Part shown: positions 1 to 11,613 of the stretch, one piece after another
Position numbering within the stretch: position 1 is the first letter of the stretch
Layout of the letters: each line of letters begins with the position of its first letter
From: Dictyostelium discoideum
Lineage: Eukaryota
NCBI GenBank assembly: GCA_000004695.1
Contig: CM000154.2
Span: forward strand, 2,240,001 to 2,304,000
Direction of reading: 5' to 3'
Length of the DNA stretch: 64,000 nucleotides
Position numbers and translations under genes: made by a program
The notes under the pieces: generated by a model
Databases searched by the model: none
What the model was told of the DNA's origin: nothing
What the model saw: only the letters and a program-made list of their open reading frames with translations

Positions 1-954
1 AATATTATTACTATTTGTACCACTGTATGGTATTGAACTATTTATATTATTACTATTCCCATTACTATTATTATTTTTATGATCATTATTAAAATTTGAA
101 AAATTCATATTTTTACTATTATTACTATTATTACTACTATTATTATTATTATTACTATTATTATTATTATTTGAATTTAATTGTAAACTTGGATTTGAAG
201 GTATTGCTCTTAATTTTCTGTATATTTTTGTATTTTGTAAAATATCAACCAAACTTTGTGATACATTAAAACCAATTAATGAATTATCAGGATCTAATTG
301 ATGAGTTTTCATATATTCCATCATTGACTCGGCTAAATTTTGAATCAAAGTTTTCTCTTTTTCCTTTTCATTTATATCATAATTATTATTATCATTATCA
401 TTTGAAAAGGAATTTTCAACATTATTATTATTAATATTAGTATTATTTAAATTACTATTAAAGTTATTACTATTATTATTATTATTATTATTATTTAAAA
501 CTGAAGCACCATTAGATGATGATGATGATGATGATGAAGGTGTTTGTAATTTTTGTTTTTTTATTGTATATTTTAAATAGAAGTTTAATAAATTTTTAAT
601 ATGTTTTTGAATTGGGAATCTTAATGTATCTGCTGTTTCAAGCATTCTAAAATTAAATAATGTTGGCCATGCTTTTGATAAATTGTTTATATTATTGATA
701 CTATTACTATTATTACTATTGTTACTATTATTATTATTAATACTCCCAATTATTCCTACTCCACCATTATTATTACTATTATTATTTATGATCAAACATT
801 GTTTTAATAATTTTTCAACACCTAATAAACTAGTTTCTATCTTATTTATAAATTGTTCCAATTGTTTCTTTTCAACTTTTTTACCATTCCATTTATTTTC
901 AATTGCAGGTATTTCAATTGATTGAAATTGTTTAAACCATTCATCAATTCTCAT
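1..954 (-). CDS. N-terminal part of an Asn/Ser-rich hypothetical protein (MRIDEWFKQFQSIEIPAIENKWNGKKVEKKQLEQF...); coding continues past the window start, so the 3' part is missing
   Basis: Reverse-strand reading frame is open from ATG (952-954) down to position 1. It has Dictyostelium-type poly-N/poly-S tracts. The + strand poly-Leu track ORF 683..925 is its antisense. The ORF track does not report it because it runs off the window edge. Confidence 0.4.
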   Translation of the reverse strand, partial: MRIDEWFKQFQSIEIPAIENKWNGKKVEKKQLEQFINKIETSLLGVEKLLKQCLIINNNSNNNGGVGIIGSINNNNSNNSNNSNSINNINNLSKAWPTLFNFRMLETADTLRFPIQKHIKNLLNFYLKYTIKKQKLQTPSSSSSSSSNGASVLNNNNNNNNSNNFNSNLNNTNINNNNVENSFSNDNDNNNYDINEKEKEKTLIQNLAESMMEYMKTHQLDPDNSLIGFNVSQSLVDILQNTKIYRKLRAIPSNPSLQLNSNNNNNSNNNNNSSNNSNNSKNMNFSNFNNDHKNNNSNGNSNNINSSIPYSGTNSNNI

Positions 955-1716
955 TCTTTTTTTTATTTATTTAATTATTTTTTTTTTATTTTATTATTAC
1001 TGCGTGAATGGAAAATGGAATTTTAATTTTTTTTTATTTTTTTTTTTTTTGATGGAAAAAAAAAAAAATTTTGGGAAAAAAAAAAAAAAAAAAAAAAAAT
1101 ATATGAAGAAAAGCTAAATTATAATTATGTCAATATATAAAAATTAAATAAATAAATAAATAAAAGAAAAAAATAAATAATGGTAATAATAAAATAATAA
1201 AATAATAAAATAATAAATAATTTTTTTTTTAAAAAAAAAAAAAGATTAAAAATAAAAGAAAATAAAAAAAAAAAATAAAAATTTTATAAAAAAAAATTAT
1301 AACAAATATACTATATTTATTGTGATGATGAATGGGATTTTTTTTAAAAAAAAATATATTTGCTTATTTATTTTATTATTTTCCTTTTTCTTTTTTTGGA
1401 TGATGATGTATTATTTTTATATATATTAAAAAAATATTTTAAAATAATTATGTTATTTGATTATTTATTACAAAAAAAATAAAAAAATAAAATAAAAATA
1501 AATAATAAAAAATTAAAAAAAAAGGAAAAAAAAAAAAAGGAAAAGGAAATATCTTTGGTATACAAAATGGTTGTGGTGTTGTTGATTTAGTCATCTATGG
1601 GTCAGTGTGGTTTATGAGTATATGTAATATTTGTTTGAATTTATATATGAGGTAGTGGCTTATTTAAAACAAAATACTATTTGTGATTACTATCTCTAAG
1701 TGTTATGTGTTTATGT

Positions 1717-1740
1717 TGTGTGTGTGTGTGTGTGTGTGTG
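1717..1740. repeat. (TG)12 dinucleotide microsatellite
   Basis: Perfect tgtg... run read directly from the sequence, in an intergenic region. Confidence 0.9.
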
Positions 1741-2400
1741 GAAAAGTGTGTTAGACATTAATGGGTTAAATTTTTTTTTTTTGTTTTTTTATACAAATAA
1801 AAAAATAATAATAATTTTATACATATATAAATTTATATTAAATATTTATATAATATATATGTTTATATAGTAAAATTTATTTTTAATAATAAATATATTA
1901 ATATGAACAAAAAAAAATAAAAAAATAAAAAAATAAAAAAAAAAAAATGGGTTAATTTATTTTATTATTATAAAACAAATTGATTCACTGATTGATTGAG
2001 TAAGGAATAACAATATTTACAATGATAATTGCAAAAATCATTGACAAAATGAGTGATTTAAATTTGATACTCACTTTCACATATAAAATTATTAAGGATT
2101 TTTCTTTATTTTTTTTTTATTTTTATAATAAAAAAAAAAATTTTCTTTTTCCAAAACAATGAAGTTTATTGCCTTTTGCTGTTATTGCTTTATTTGTAGT
2201 TTATATAATTAGTTTAATATATCTTTATTTTGTTGTTTGTTTTTTGTTTACTTGTAGTTTTTCAAATATTTTTAGTGTTTTTTTAAAATTGATATATCAC
2301 TAATTATTTTTAACCTTTACTTTTTTATTTTATTTTATTTTATTTTATTTGTATTATTTTTATTTTATTTAATTTGTATTATTTTGGAAAAACATATATA

Positions 2401-2436
<36 letters not shown>

Positions 2437-2762
2437 TTTGGTATGTATTTTTTATTTTTTTATTTTTTATTTTTAAAATTGAATTGGTTTCCTATTTGAG
2501 GAAACAATTTATTATAATGATAATCTTTATGAGGTTAGGGGGGTATTTATTTTTAGAATTTATTAAAAATATAAATAAAAAAAAAAAAATGAATAAAAAA
2601 GTGAATAGAAAAAAAAAAAAAAAAAAAAATGAATTAATTAAATAAAAAAAATAAAAATAATAATTAAATTAAAAATAAGTATCTCTTTCAGTTTGTGAAT
2701 TTGCGTGTTTATGAATAAAAAATTAATTATTTAATTTGGGTTTATATTGTTAATTTAAAACC

Positions 2763-2802
<40 letters not shown>

Positions 2803-3746
2803 ATGTGCAAAGTGTGAGAAAGTGGGTTGTTATTGTTTTAATTGTTAAAAGGTTTAGTGCGAGTGTTTTTGTTCTTTTTTCTTTAATTTTAGTAGTAGCG
2901 GTAGTACTTTCTACCAAAATACGTTATTGTCGTATTCAAAATTGATGTTATTAACAAGTGGTCTAAAAAAAATTAAAAAAAAAAAAAAAGGTGCTTTAAC
3001 AAAAATTTGGATTTCTTTTTTTTTTTTCTATTTCCTTTTTTCTTTAAATTACAAAAAATTTAAAAAAAATAAAAAAAAAAAAAGTTATTTTTATTTTTTT
3101 TTTTTGTAATTTTATTTTTTTTTTAATTTTTTTTTTTTTTTTTTTTTTGATTGAAACGTCCTTTGGTATTAAAGTATTAAGAAACTAATTTTGATTAGAG
3201 TATTTCGTTTTTTTATTATTGCTTTTATTGCCTATTTGATATAGAAAAAAAAATAAAAAATAAAAATAAAAAAAATAAAAATAAAAAATAAATAAAATAA
3301 AAATAATTAAAAAATAAAAAAACTATTGTTATTGCCCCTAAAAAATAATATTTCTTGGATGTGATCTAATTTTTCAGATTTCGTGGTTAAGTAACCAAAA
3401 AAAAAAAAAAAAAAATTTACTTTTTTAAATTTTGGTTTTGTTTTTTTTTTTTTGGTATATTATGATAATTAAACAATAATTTAATCTAGATTATCTTTTT
3501 AAAATGAAGTGTTGTCATCCAATTTTTTTCTGTATATAAAATTATTTATTCTAAAATAAAAAAAAAAACAATGTCTTAAACCATTTTTTAAAATTTTTTT
3601 TAAAAAAAAAAAAAAAATAAAATAAAATAATATTAAATTTAAAAAAAAAAAAAAAACAAAACTTTTTTTATTGTATTTTCATTTTTTTTATAAGCACATT
3701 TGCCAATTTATGTGTATGTAAGTGAGGTGTGTGTATGTACGAATAA

Positions 3747-4502
3747 TCAGTTATTACTTGAAAAGATAACATCAGAAAGTGTAGCTAAACCAGACGTTGT
3801 TGGAACACTTCTTTCATCGTCTTCATTGGTTGTGTCATTTTTGATGATTTTCATTTCAGTATCAATTGATTGTGATTGTGATTGTGATTGTGGTTGTGAT
3901 GATGATGATAGATTTATGAATGATGATGATGAGGATGAACATGGTGTTGTAGTTGTGGAGGAGGACAAAGATGTTGATGGTGATTGGGTGTGTGGATTTA
4001 AAACCAAGGATATTCTTTCAATCTCTTTATTGATTTGAATAGAGATGATTTCTTTATCAGAAGTTAATGAATTCTCTTTAATAGTTTTTAAATTTTCAGT
4101 AATTTGTTTCAATTGTTCTTTAAGTTCTTTAATCTCTTTAACTTGATCATCATTATTATTATCTTTATTGTTTTTTGTGTTTACAGTTGACGATGATGAT
4201 GATGGATCATCAATTTCATCGATAATGGTTTCCATATTCGATAAAGGAGGTGTATTGGTATTACTACTATTGGATGATGATACTTCAGAGCTACCATTGG
4301 TTTGTTGTAGATGTTGAGATAAGGATGGTGTTGATGATAAGGATGATAAATTATTTAACAAATTTGTTGAGGATGAAGATGAAACTTTATGATTATTATT
4401 ATTATTATAATTATTATAATTATTATAATTATTATTATTATTATAATTATTATTATTATTATTATTATTTAAACCTCTTGGTGATGAAATGCCATTATGA
4501 TG

Positions 4503-4601
<99 letters not shown>

Positions 4602-6494
4602 ATTATTCATTCTTGGAGAAATAGGTGAATCCAAAGTGTTAGCATTTCCAATTAATGTATTTTGATTATTTGGTGAGAAAAATCCAGACATCATTGGGGT
4701 CATTGGAAGTGGTGGTATACTACCATTATTAATATTACTTTCAGTATGTGCTCTTTTTCTTTGACCAGTATGTCTTTGTTTATTATTGCCATTACCATTT
4801 GGTAATGATGATAACAAATTATTTGAAGAGAGTGAAGAAGTTTCTTTCATAATTTTTAATTGAGTTGTTAATTGATTAAAGTTTTCATGAATTTGTTTAT
4901 CGATTGAACTATGATACAAGATATTATTATTATTTGAGCTATTATTTAAACTATTATTAGTTGATGAAATTGGTGACGTTGTTAAAGAGTTAACATTACT
5001 ATTATTTGAGATATTTGGTAATTGTTGAGAAGGTGAATGAATACTATTATTTGAATTATTAAGTGAATGTGGTGTTGAAATTATATTAATTGGTGAAGTT
5101 GAAGTTGTTGTTGTGGTGGTTGTTGTTGTTGCTGTTGTTGTTGATGTTGTAGTATTATTATTATTATCATTAATTGGTGAATTAATTGGTGAAGAACCTA
5201 ATAATATTTCATCTTTTGAATCATCACTACTCATTTCTTCTTCAAGTGCAACACTTGTTAATTTTTTCATATTATCTTTAATTGGTGTGACATCAATAAT
5301 ATCTTTATCTTTATGATCTTTATGATCTTTATCCTTATGATCACGAGAAGTATTTGTAGAAGAAGATTTTGGAGAATGTAAAATATCACGTTGACTATAA
5401 CTATGAGTATCCTTTACAACACTTGATGAATCATTTTCGCTATAACTTCTTTTTCTTTTTGTAATGATTTTCTTTGCTTTAATTTCATCCCATGGATCAG
5501 AGATTTGTCTCATTCTCCAATAACCATTTTGTTTGTATTGTTCCATACCACTTTCAAATAAATTTTTACTATGACTTAACATATCTTGAATTTGTTTATG
5601 CCAATTATCCGATCTTTTCTTATCCAAACATAAAAGGTTCCAATGTGCAGTCATAAAACCATAAACATCAGTCTTTAAATTTAAAAATGGTTTTTGAGGC
5701 ATTTCCAATTGAAGACAAAAGAATACTATTTTCATTATGCATGCCCATGTTGGTGATTGACTATTTGCAAATGGACTACCACGTTTACAGAGAATACATT
5801 CTTTAAAAACGCATTGAACTGATGTTGATGGTGATGGCGATGACTCTTGATTACCTCCCATTGTTGGTGAATGAAGTCCAATTGGTAATCCCCATGTTGG
5901 TGATGAAATACTATTATTACTGTTATTATTACCATTACCACTTACACTACTACGTGGATAAACAGGAGTTGGTGGTGGAGGTGGTGGTGGTGATGATACA
6001 TTATTATTATTACTACTACTGTTGTTGCTGCTGCCGCTGCCGCTGCTGCTATCATTAAAATTACCATTTGAAATACACTCAAGTATTGATGAAGGCGAAG
6101 GAGGTTGGTGAGTTGGTATTGGTGAGGATGGTGTTGATGAGGAATTATTTTTCATTTCCAATAATATCTTATAAGAAAGTGAATCATGTTTTGGTGGTTT
6201 GGATATAGTTGGTGGTGATGTTGTTCTTGGTGATAATGTACCTGCTAATAAAGATGATGTGGAAGATGGACTACCACAAGTTAATTTCTTTATTGCTCCT
6301 TCTACATCTCTAACTGCGAGCATTAATGGGCTATTTGGTAATATTGCTGGTGTAGTTTTTGGTGTAGTTGTTATTATTGGTATTGGTGTAGAAGGTGTAG
6401 TTATTCCTGTTGTTGTTGTTTTTGTTGTTTTTGTTGTTGTTGTTGATATTATTGGATTTGTCTCTCCAGAAAATACTAAACTCTCCTTTAACAT
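3747..6494 (-). CDS. Asn/Thr/Ser-rich nuclear-type protein (915 aa) with a divergent forkhead-like winged-helix segment
   Basis: Single long minus ORF with ATG at 6492-6494. The forkhead-like segment is ...SPTWACIMKIVFFCLQLEMPQKPFLNLKTDVYGFMTAHWNLLCLDKKRSDNWHKQIQDMLSHSKNLFESGMEQYKQNGYWRMRQ.... It follows the forkhead pattern W-A..I....(L.L..IY.FM)....W.NSIRHNLS.SK.F.......G.YW.M, with IRHNLS diverged to IQDMLS. It is followed by a basic KRKR nuclear-localisation-like stretch. The rest is low complexity. Confidence 0.6.
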
Positions 6495-7764
6495 TTTTAA
6501 TTATATATGTATATATATATAAAATATGTTATTGAGTTGGTATTATTTGGGTTGAATTTTTTTTTTTTTTTTTTTTTTTTTTTGTTTTGTTTTGTCTTTG
6601 TTTCTGTTTTTGTTTTTGTTTTTGTGTGGCTATTTATTAATATGCTTCTCTATTTTTGAATTTTTTTTTTTTTTTTTTAAAAAAAAAAATATGATAAGTG
6701 ATCGGTTGTTTTTTTTTTTTTTTTTCTTATTATTTTAAAAAAAAAAAATTATATACAATGAATAAAAAAATGAATAAAAAAAATAAAAAAAATTAAAAAA
6801 TATGTTGGGGTTTTTTTTTTTTTTTTTTTATTTTTTATTATTATAATTATTATTATTATTTAAAAATAGAAAAAGAAAAAAAAATGAAAATGAAAATGAA
6901 AATGAAAATAAAAATAAAAAATAAAAATAGATTTTAAAATTAATTAAAAAAAATGAAAATAAAAAAAAAAAAAAAAGTGAAAATGGGAAAATGAAAAAAA
7001 AAAAAAAAATATATATATATATTAAATTGTTTTTATAAATATTTATAAAAACAATTGAGAGGATCTAGATGAAGTTAATAGTATAGGATTATTTAAACAA
7101 GGGACTACTTTTTTTTTGTGATGTAAATGTGATTATTATTTTTATTACTGTTATTATTATTTATTATTTTTGGTGTGGTGTGGATGATTTTTGGCTTTTT
7201 TTTTGTTTTTTTTTTTTTTTTTTGGGTTTTTTTTTTATTTTTTGTGATAATATAAAAAAAAAAAAATTAAATTAGAAAAAAAGAAAAAAATTAAAAAAAT
7301 TAAATAATAATAATATAATTATTTTTTATATATACAAGGATTATTATTATTTTAATTGGTGCCAAATTATTATTTAATCGAACGTTTTTTTTCTTTTTTT
7401 TTCTTTTTTTTTTTTTCTATTTTTTTTTATCTATGTTAATCTGTAAAAAAAATAAAAAATAAATAAAGAAAAAAAAAAGTTTTTTATTTATTATCAAGTT
7501 GATGAAATGACGAACGAAAAAAACAGAACGAACGAATGTAATATGTATTAATTTTGTGTGTTTTTGTTTTTGGTGTTTTTATTGGTTATTTTTTTTTAAA
7601 AAAAGATTTATTAGGTGTGTCGGATATAAAACTTTGTGAGGTGAGTGTTTTAGTTATTGTGTGTTGGTTGTTGTAGTTGAAAAAAGTAGTATTATATTTA
7701 AATAATATTTTAAAGAAATTGAATTCTGTGCCCTATAATAATTAATTTTCAGATAGAATAACTA

Positions 7765-7810
<46 letters not shown>

Positions 7811-8483
7811 TGTAAAAAAAAAAATGTTGGTGTTAATAGATCATTAAAAATATAAAACTCTTTTATGTACAAAAAAAGAGAAAAAAACAAAAATGAAAAA
7901 ATAAAAAAGAGAAGAAAAAAAAAAAAAAATAGATAAAGAAAAGAGAAAATTAAATTAAAAAAAAAAAAAAAAAAAAATGAGTGATAGTGAGTGTAGAAAT
8001 TGAATTAAATTAAAAAAAAAAAAAAAAAAAAATTTAAATTTTTTAGAGCGGTCGTTATTAAATTAAAAAAAAAAAAAATTAAAAAAATTAAAAAAATTTA
8101 AAAAAAATAAAAAAAAAAAAATAAATAAAAAAATAAATAAAAAAATAAATAAAAAAATGTTCAATTAACCTTTTTTTTTTTTTTTTTTTTTTTAATTAAA
8201 TTAATTGGGAAAAAAAAAAAAAAAAGTTTGATGTTATAACAATCATGGGACGAGGGTAATTAATTATGAGGAAACTAAATGGTTCCGTTCGTTTTTTAAA
8301 AAAAACAAAACAATTTAAAAAAAAAAAATTTTTAAAAAAAAAATTTTCATTTTTTTTTAATTTAATTTACATTATTTTTTTTTTTTTTTTTAAAAATTAT
8401 TCCCTATGGGGCCGGGGGGCTTATTTTTTTCAAAAACTCAAAAAATTTGGGCCCCAATGTTTTTTATTAAATAAAAAAAAAAA

Positions 8484-8527
<44 letters not shown>

Positions 8528-8850
8528 TTATTTCAAGAAAAAAACTTTCGTTCGGATAAAAACACAACCAAAATTTGTTTTGTTTTTCTGAGGATAAAAA
8601 ATAATTTCATTTCCTTTTTCTTTTTTTTTTTAATTTTATTTTTATTTTATTTTAATTTTTTTTTTTTTTTTATTATTTTTATTTATTTTATTTTTTTATT
8701 TTTTTTATCGCTTTGCCAGCCAATAAACAATAATCCAAAAAAAAAAGTAAATTTAATTCACTTTTTGATGTGGCTTTAATTTTTGGTTACTATCTGGCTT
8801 ATATTTATAATACCCACTCTTTTAGTGGAGTATAAAATATCTGTTTATAG

Positions 8851-8885
<35 letters not shown>

Positions 8886-8956
8886 TATTAAAGTGGAAAT
8901 GTTTTATTGGATGACTCAAATGTATATTTTAATTTTTATCCAACAATCAATAGATT

Positions 8957-8988
<32 letters not shown>

Positions 8989-9116
8989 ATACTTAATAAC
9001 TTTTTACCTCATATATTTTTTTTATTTTATTTTTTATTTTATTTTTTTATTTTATTTTTTTTTTTTTTATATATTAATCAAAGTTTAGCCATTAAAGGCA
9101 ACTGCTGCTGTTTTTA

Positions 9117-9148
<32 letters not shown>

Positions 9149-9184
9149 AATTTTAAAGTTGTTAATGAAATATTAATAATAATA

Positions 9185-9213
9185 TTGATTAATCAGAGTT
9201 TATTTATTAAAGG
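9185..9213. repeat. Copy 1 of a ~33-bp direct repeat (ttgattaatcagagtttatttattaaagg); copy 2 at 9445..9473 has one mismatch
   Basis: Two near-identical copies 260 bp apart in a long intergenic region. Each is preceded by aat(a/t). Confidence 0.7.
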
Positions 9214-9620
9214 AAATAAACAACAATAATTATTAATTTATTTTTGAATTTTAATTTTGGAATAAAACGCAATTATTATTAATTTTAATTTAAATTCTAA
9301 TAAAGAATTTTAATTTTAAAAATATAATACTGTATTATTTCTCGATAATAAGATTTAATTTAAAATATTTTTCTTTTTTTGATATATTCTAAAGTAGAGG
9401 CTAGTTTGAACGTCGAGTATTTTTTTTTTTTTTTTTTTTTAATTTTGATTAATCAGAGTTTATCTATTAAAGGGAACATATAAAAAATTGATTAATTTTT
9501 TTATTTTTTTTATTTTTAAAACATTGGTGTAATTTTATATACTAAAAAAAAAAGAGTTGGGATTTATTTGTTAAAGTCCAAAACTAAAAAAAATAAAAAA
9601 AAAAAAATAAAAGAGGGTTT

Positions 9621-9724
9621 ATTTGGTCAGATTTGTGCGAACACGGACGGTTAATTTCAAAGCCTACGAATGAACGCGAGCTCAACAGACGATCAGATAA
9701 TGTGCAACCAATCATCATTCAAAT
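9621..9724 (-). ncRNA. Box C/D snoRNA candidate (~104 nt)
   Basis: On the minus strand: 5'-ATTTG-aa-TGATGA (C box, AUGAUGA) - 15-nt guide - CTGA (D') - ... - 20-nt guide CCGTCCGTGTTCGCACAAAT - CTGA (D box) - c - CAAAT-3'. The 5-bp terminal stem ATTTG/CAAAT brackets the C and D boxes. The island has rare-codon-rich, non-coding GC content within AT-rich intergenic DNA. A DUSE-like element lies ~84 bp upstream on the same strand. Confidence 0.55.
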
Positions 9725-9807
9725 ATTACCCTTTACAAAAAATAAAAATGACAAATTTTCATTGTTTTTATTCATTTAAAAAACATCATTTTTTTTATTC
9801 ATTTTTT

Positions 9808-9815
9808 ATTATGGG
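9808..9815 (-). promoter_or_regulatory. DUSE-like element (ACCCATAA on the minus strand) upstream of the snoRNA candidate
   Basis: Plus-strand ttatgggt is the reverse complement of ACCCATAA, matching the Dictyostelium upstream sequence element consensus [A/T]CCCA[C/T]AA described ~60 nt upstream of ncRNA genes. Here it is ~84 nt upstream of the predicted terminal stem. Confidence 0.45.
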
Positions 9816-10571
9816 TCAAAAATTTTTTTAAAAAAAACGAAAAAAGTCATTTTTTTTTTTTTACTTTTTCCCCAAACACCGATATGGTTTTGGCAAAAAC
9901 ATATTCATTTAAAATTTATTTATAACTATTTAGAAAAAAAAAAAAAAAAAAAAAAATTATTCTTTCCAGTTTCCAAACAATTGTATAAGAGGAATGCATT
10001 AAGGGTATCATTCTGATGTCAAAGTCCAACAATATTCAGCTAGAAATATCTTTCAAAAATCTATTATCATTATAATCATTTCATTATTATTAATCTCAAA
10101 TATTTAAAATAAATAAAATAATAAGAAATTAGGTTTCACTCTTAAAGTTTTATTTTTAAAATTTTATTTATTATTAAAGTTTGCACTATGGAAATCTTTT
10201 TTGAGTATTAAATACATTAAAAGTTTTTTATTTTTAGATTACAATACCCATAAAGATTTAATTTTGTCATTCTGTTTTTTTTTTCTTTTTAAGGAAATTA
10301 AAAAACTCCTTTTTTTTTTTCTTTTTTATACACATTTATATAAAAAAAATAAAAAATAAAACATTAAAAAAAAAAAACTCGCGCCTTTTTTTCATAAAAA
10401 AAAAAAAAAAGTAAAAAAAAAAAAAAAAAGGAATTTTTTTTTTTTTCCAAAGTTGTTTTTTTTAAATATACATTTGCTCATTGAGCTATACACAATAATA
10501 ATAAAAATAAATAAATAAAATAAAAGTTGTAATAAATATTTAAATAAATATAAAAAAAAAAGATAAATAAA

Positions 10572-11309
10572 ATGTCAAGTGAAAATCTTCCACCAGATGT
10601 TATTAAAAGAGTAGTTAAAGAATTAAAAGAATTAAATTCGTCAACATTAGAAGGTATTACATTATTACCATGCGAAGAAGATATAACAAATATTGAAGCA
10701 GTAGTTACAGGACCAGCAGGAACACCATATGAAGGTGGTTATTTTAAAGCAAGATTAATTCTCTCTTCCGATTTCCCAAGATCACCACCAAAAGCAAACT
10801 TTATCACTAAAATATTTCATCCAAATGTTTCAAAAAAAGGTGAAATTTGTGTAAACACTTTAAAAAAAGATTGGACTGAAGATTTAGGTTTAAAACATAT
10901 TCTATTGGTAATGTATTATTTAATTTAATAATAATGAAAAAAAAAAAAAACTATTATTAATATTTTATTTATTATTTTTATTATTAAATATATATAGACA
11001 ATTAAGTGTTTATTAATTGTACCAAATGCTGAATCATCTTTAAACGAAGATGCATCAAGATTACTTTTAGAAAATTATGATGATTATTGTAAACATGCCA
11101 AATTATTTACATCAATTCATGCATCAAAACCAATCATTGATAGTAACAATAATAATGAAAATTCAACAACCACACCAACAACAACTACAACAGCAACTAC
11201 ACCATCAACAAACACAGCTTCTATTTCATCACCAGTTAAAAAGAAAACTGAAACTACAAATTCAACAACCACAAAAGTACAACCAAAGAAAAGTTTAAAA
11301 AGATTATAG
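10572..11309 (+). CDS. ube2s: Ubiquitin-conjugating enzyme E2 S (UBE2S family), 2 exons: 10572..10907 and 10998..11309, ~215 aa
   Basis: UBC fold with the HPN motif (FHPNV) and active-site Cys ([12 protein letters not shown]). After a GTAATG...TAG intron the frame continues [42 protein letters not shown], close to human UBE2S [43 protein letters not shown]. The C-terminal Lys/Thr-rich tail is typical of E2-S. Exon lengths are 336 and 312 nt, both in frame. Confidence 0.85.
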
Positions 11310-11613
11310 AGTGAATCATAATCATAACAACTTCAACATACTCTTTTAAGCATGTAACATAACAATTTAAAAAAAAAAAAAAAAAAAAAATGCACTCATT
11401 CATCACACAGAGAGAATATCGCTATGTTTGTTCAAGGTGTATTTTAAAAATTTAATAAAAAAAAAAAAAAAAAAAAACCAAAAAAAAAAAAAAAAAAAAA
11501 TAATTCCCAACACCTTCTCCTTTTTTTCTTTTTTTTTTTATTAACCAAAACAGTTTTATTTTTACACTTCAACCATTCAAGTTTTAAAAAAAAAAAATAA
11601 AAAAAAAAATAGA

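Noticed and set aside
683-925. Plus-strand poly-Leu/Ile ORF
   Set aside because: It is the antisense frame of the minus-strand N/S-rich gene (1..954) and is low complexity with no start context.
1323-1400. GTGATGATGA / GGATGATGATG motifs that resemble C boxes
   Set aside because: No CTGA D box or terminal stem lies within range on either strand.
4250-4600. Poly-Tyr ORF, and similar poly-Y/I/L/V ORFs at 5822.., 16332.., 18325.., 18456.., 53112.., 53436.., 53464.., 54180.., 54358.., 54737.., 54804.., 63010..
   Set aside because: These are alternative or antisense frames of AAT/ATT/TAT triplet repeats that encode poly-Asn in the real genes. They are not independent genes.
8266-8559. 97-aa ORF in AT-rich DNA (MRKLNGSVRFLKK...FFFFFF)
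   Set aside because: It is made of A/T homopolymer translations (poly-K/F), sits in an intergenic region, and has no codon-usage or domain support.
10244-10251. Second DUSE-like ACCCATAA on the plus strand
   Set aside because: Nothing structured or GC-containing lies 50-100 bp downstream. It is ~320 bp upstream of the UBE2S ATG and is probably a chance 8-mer.
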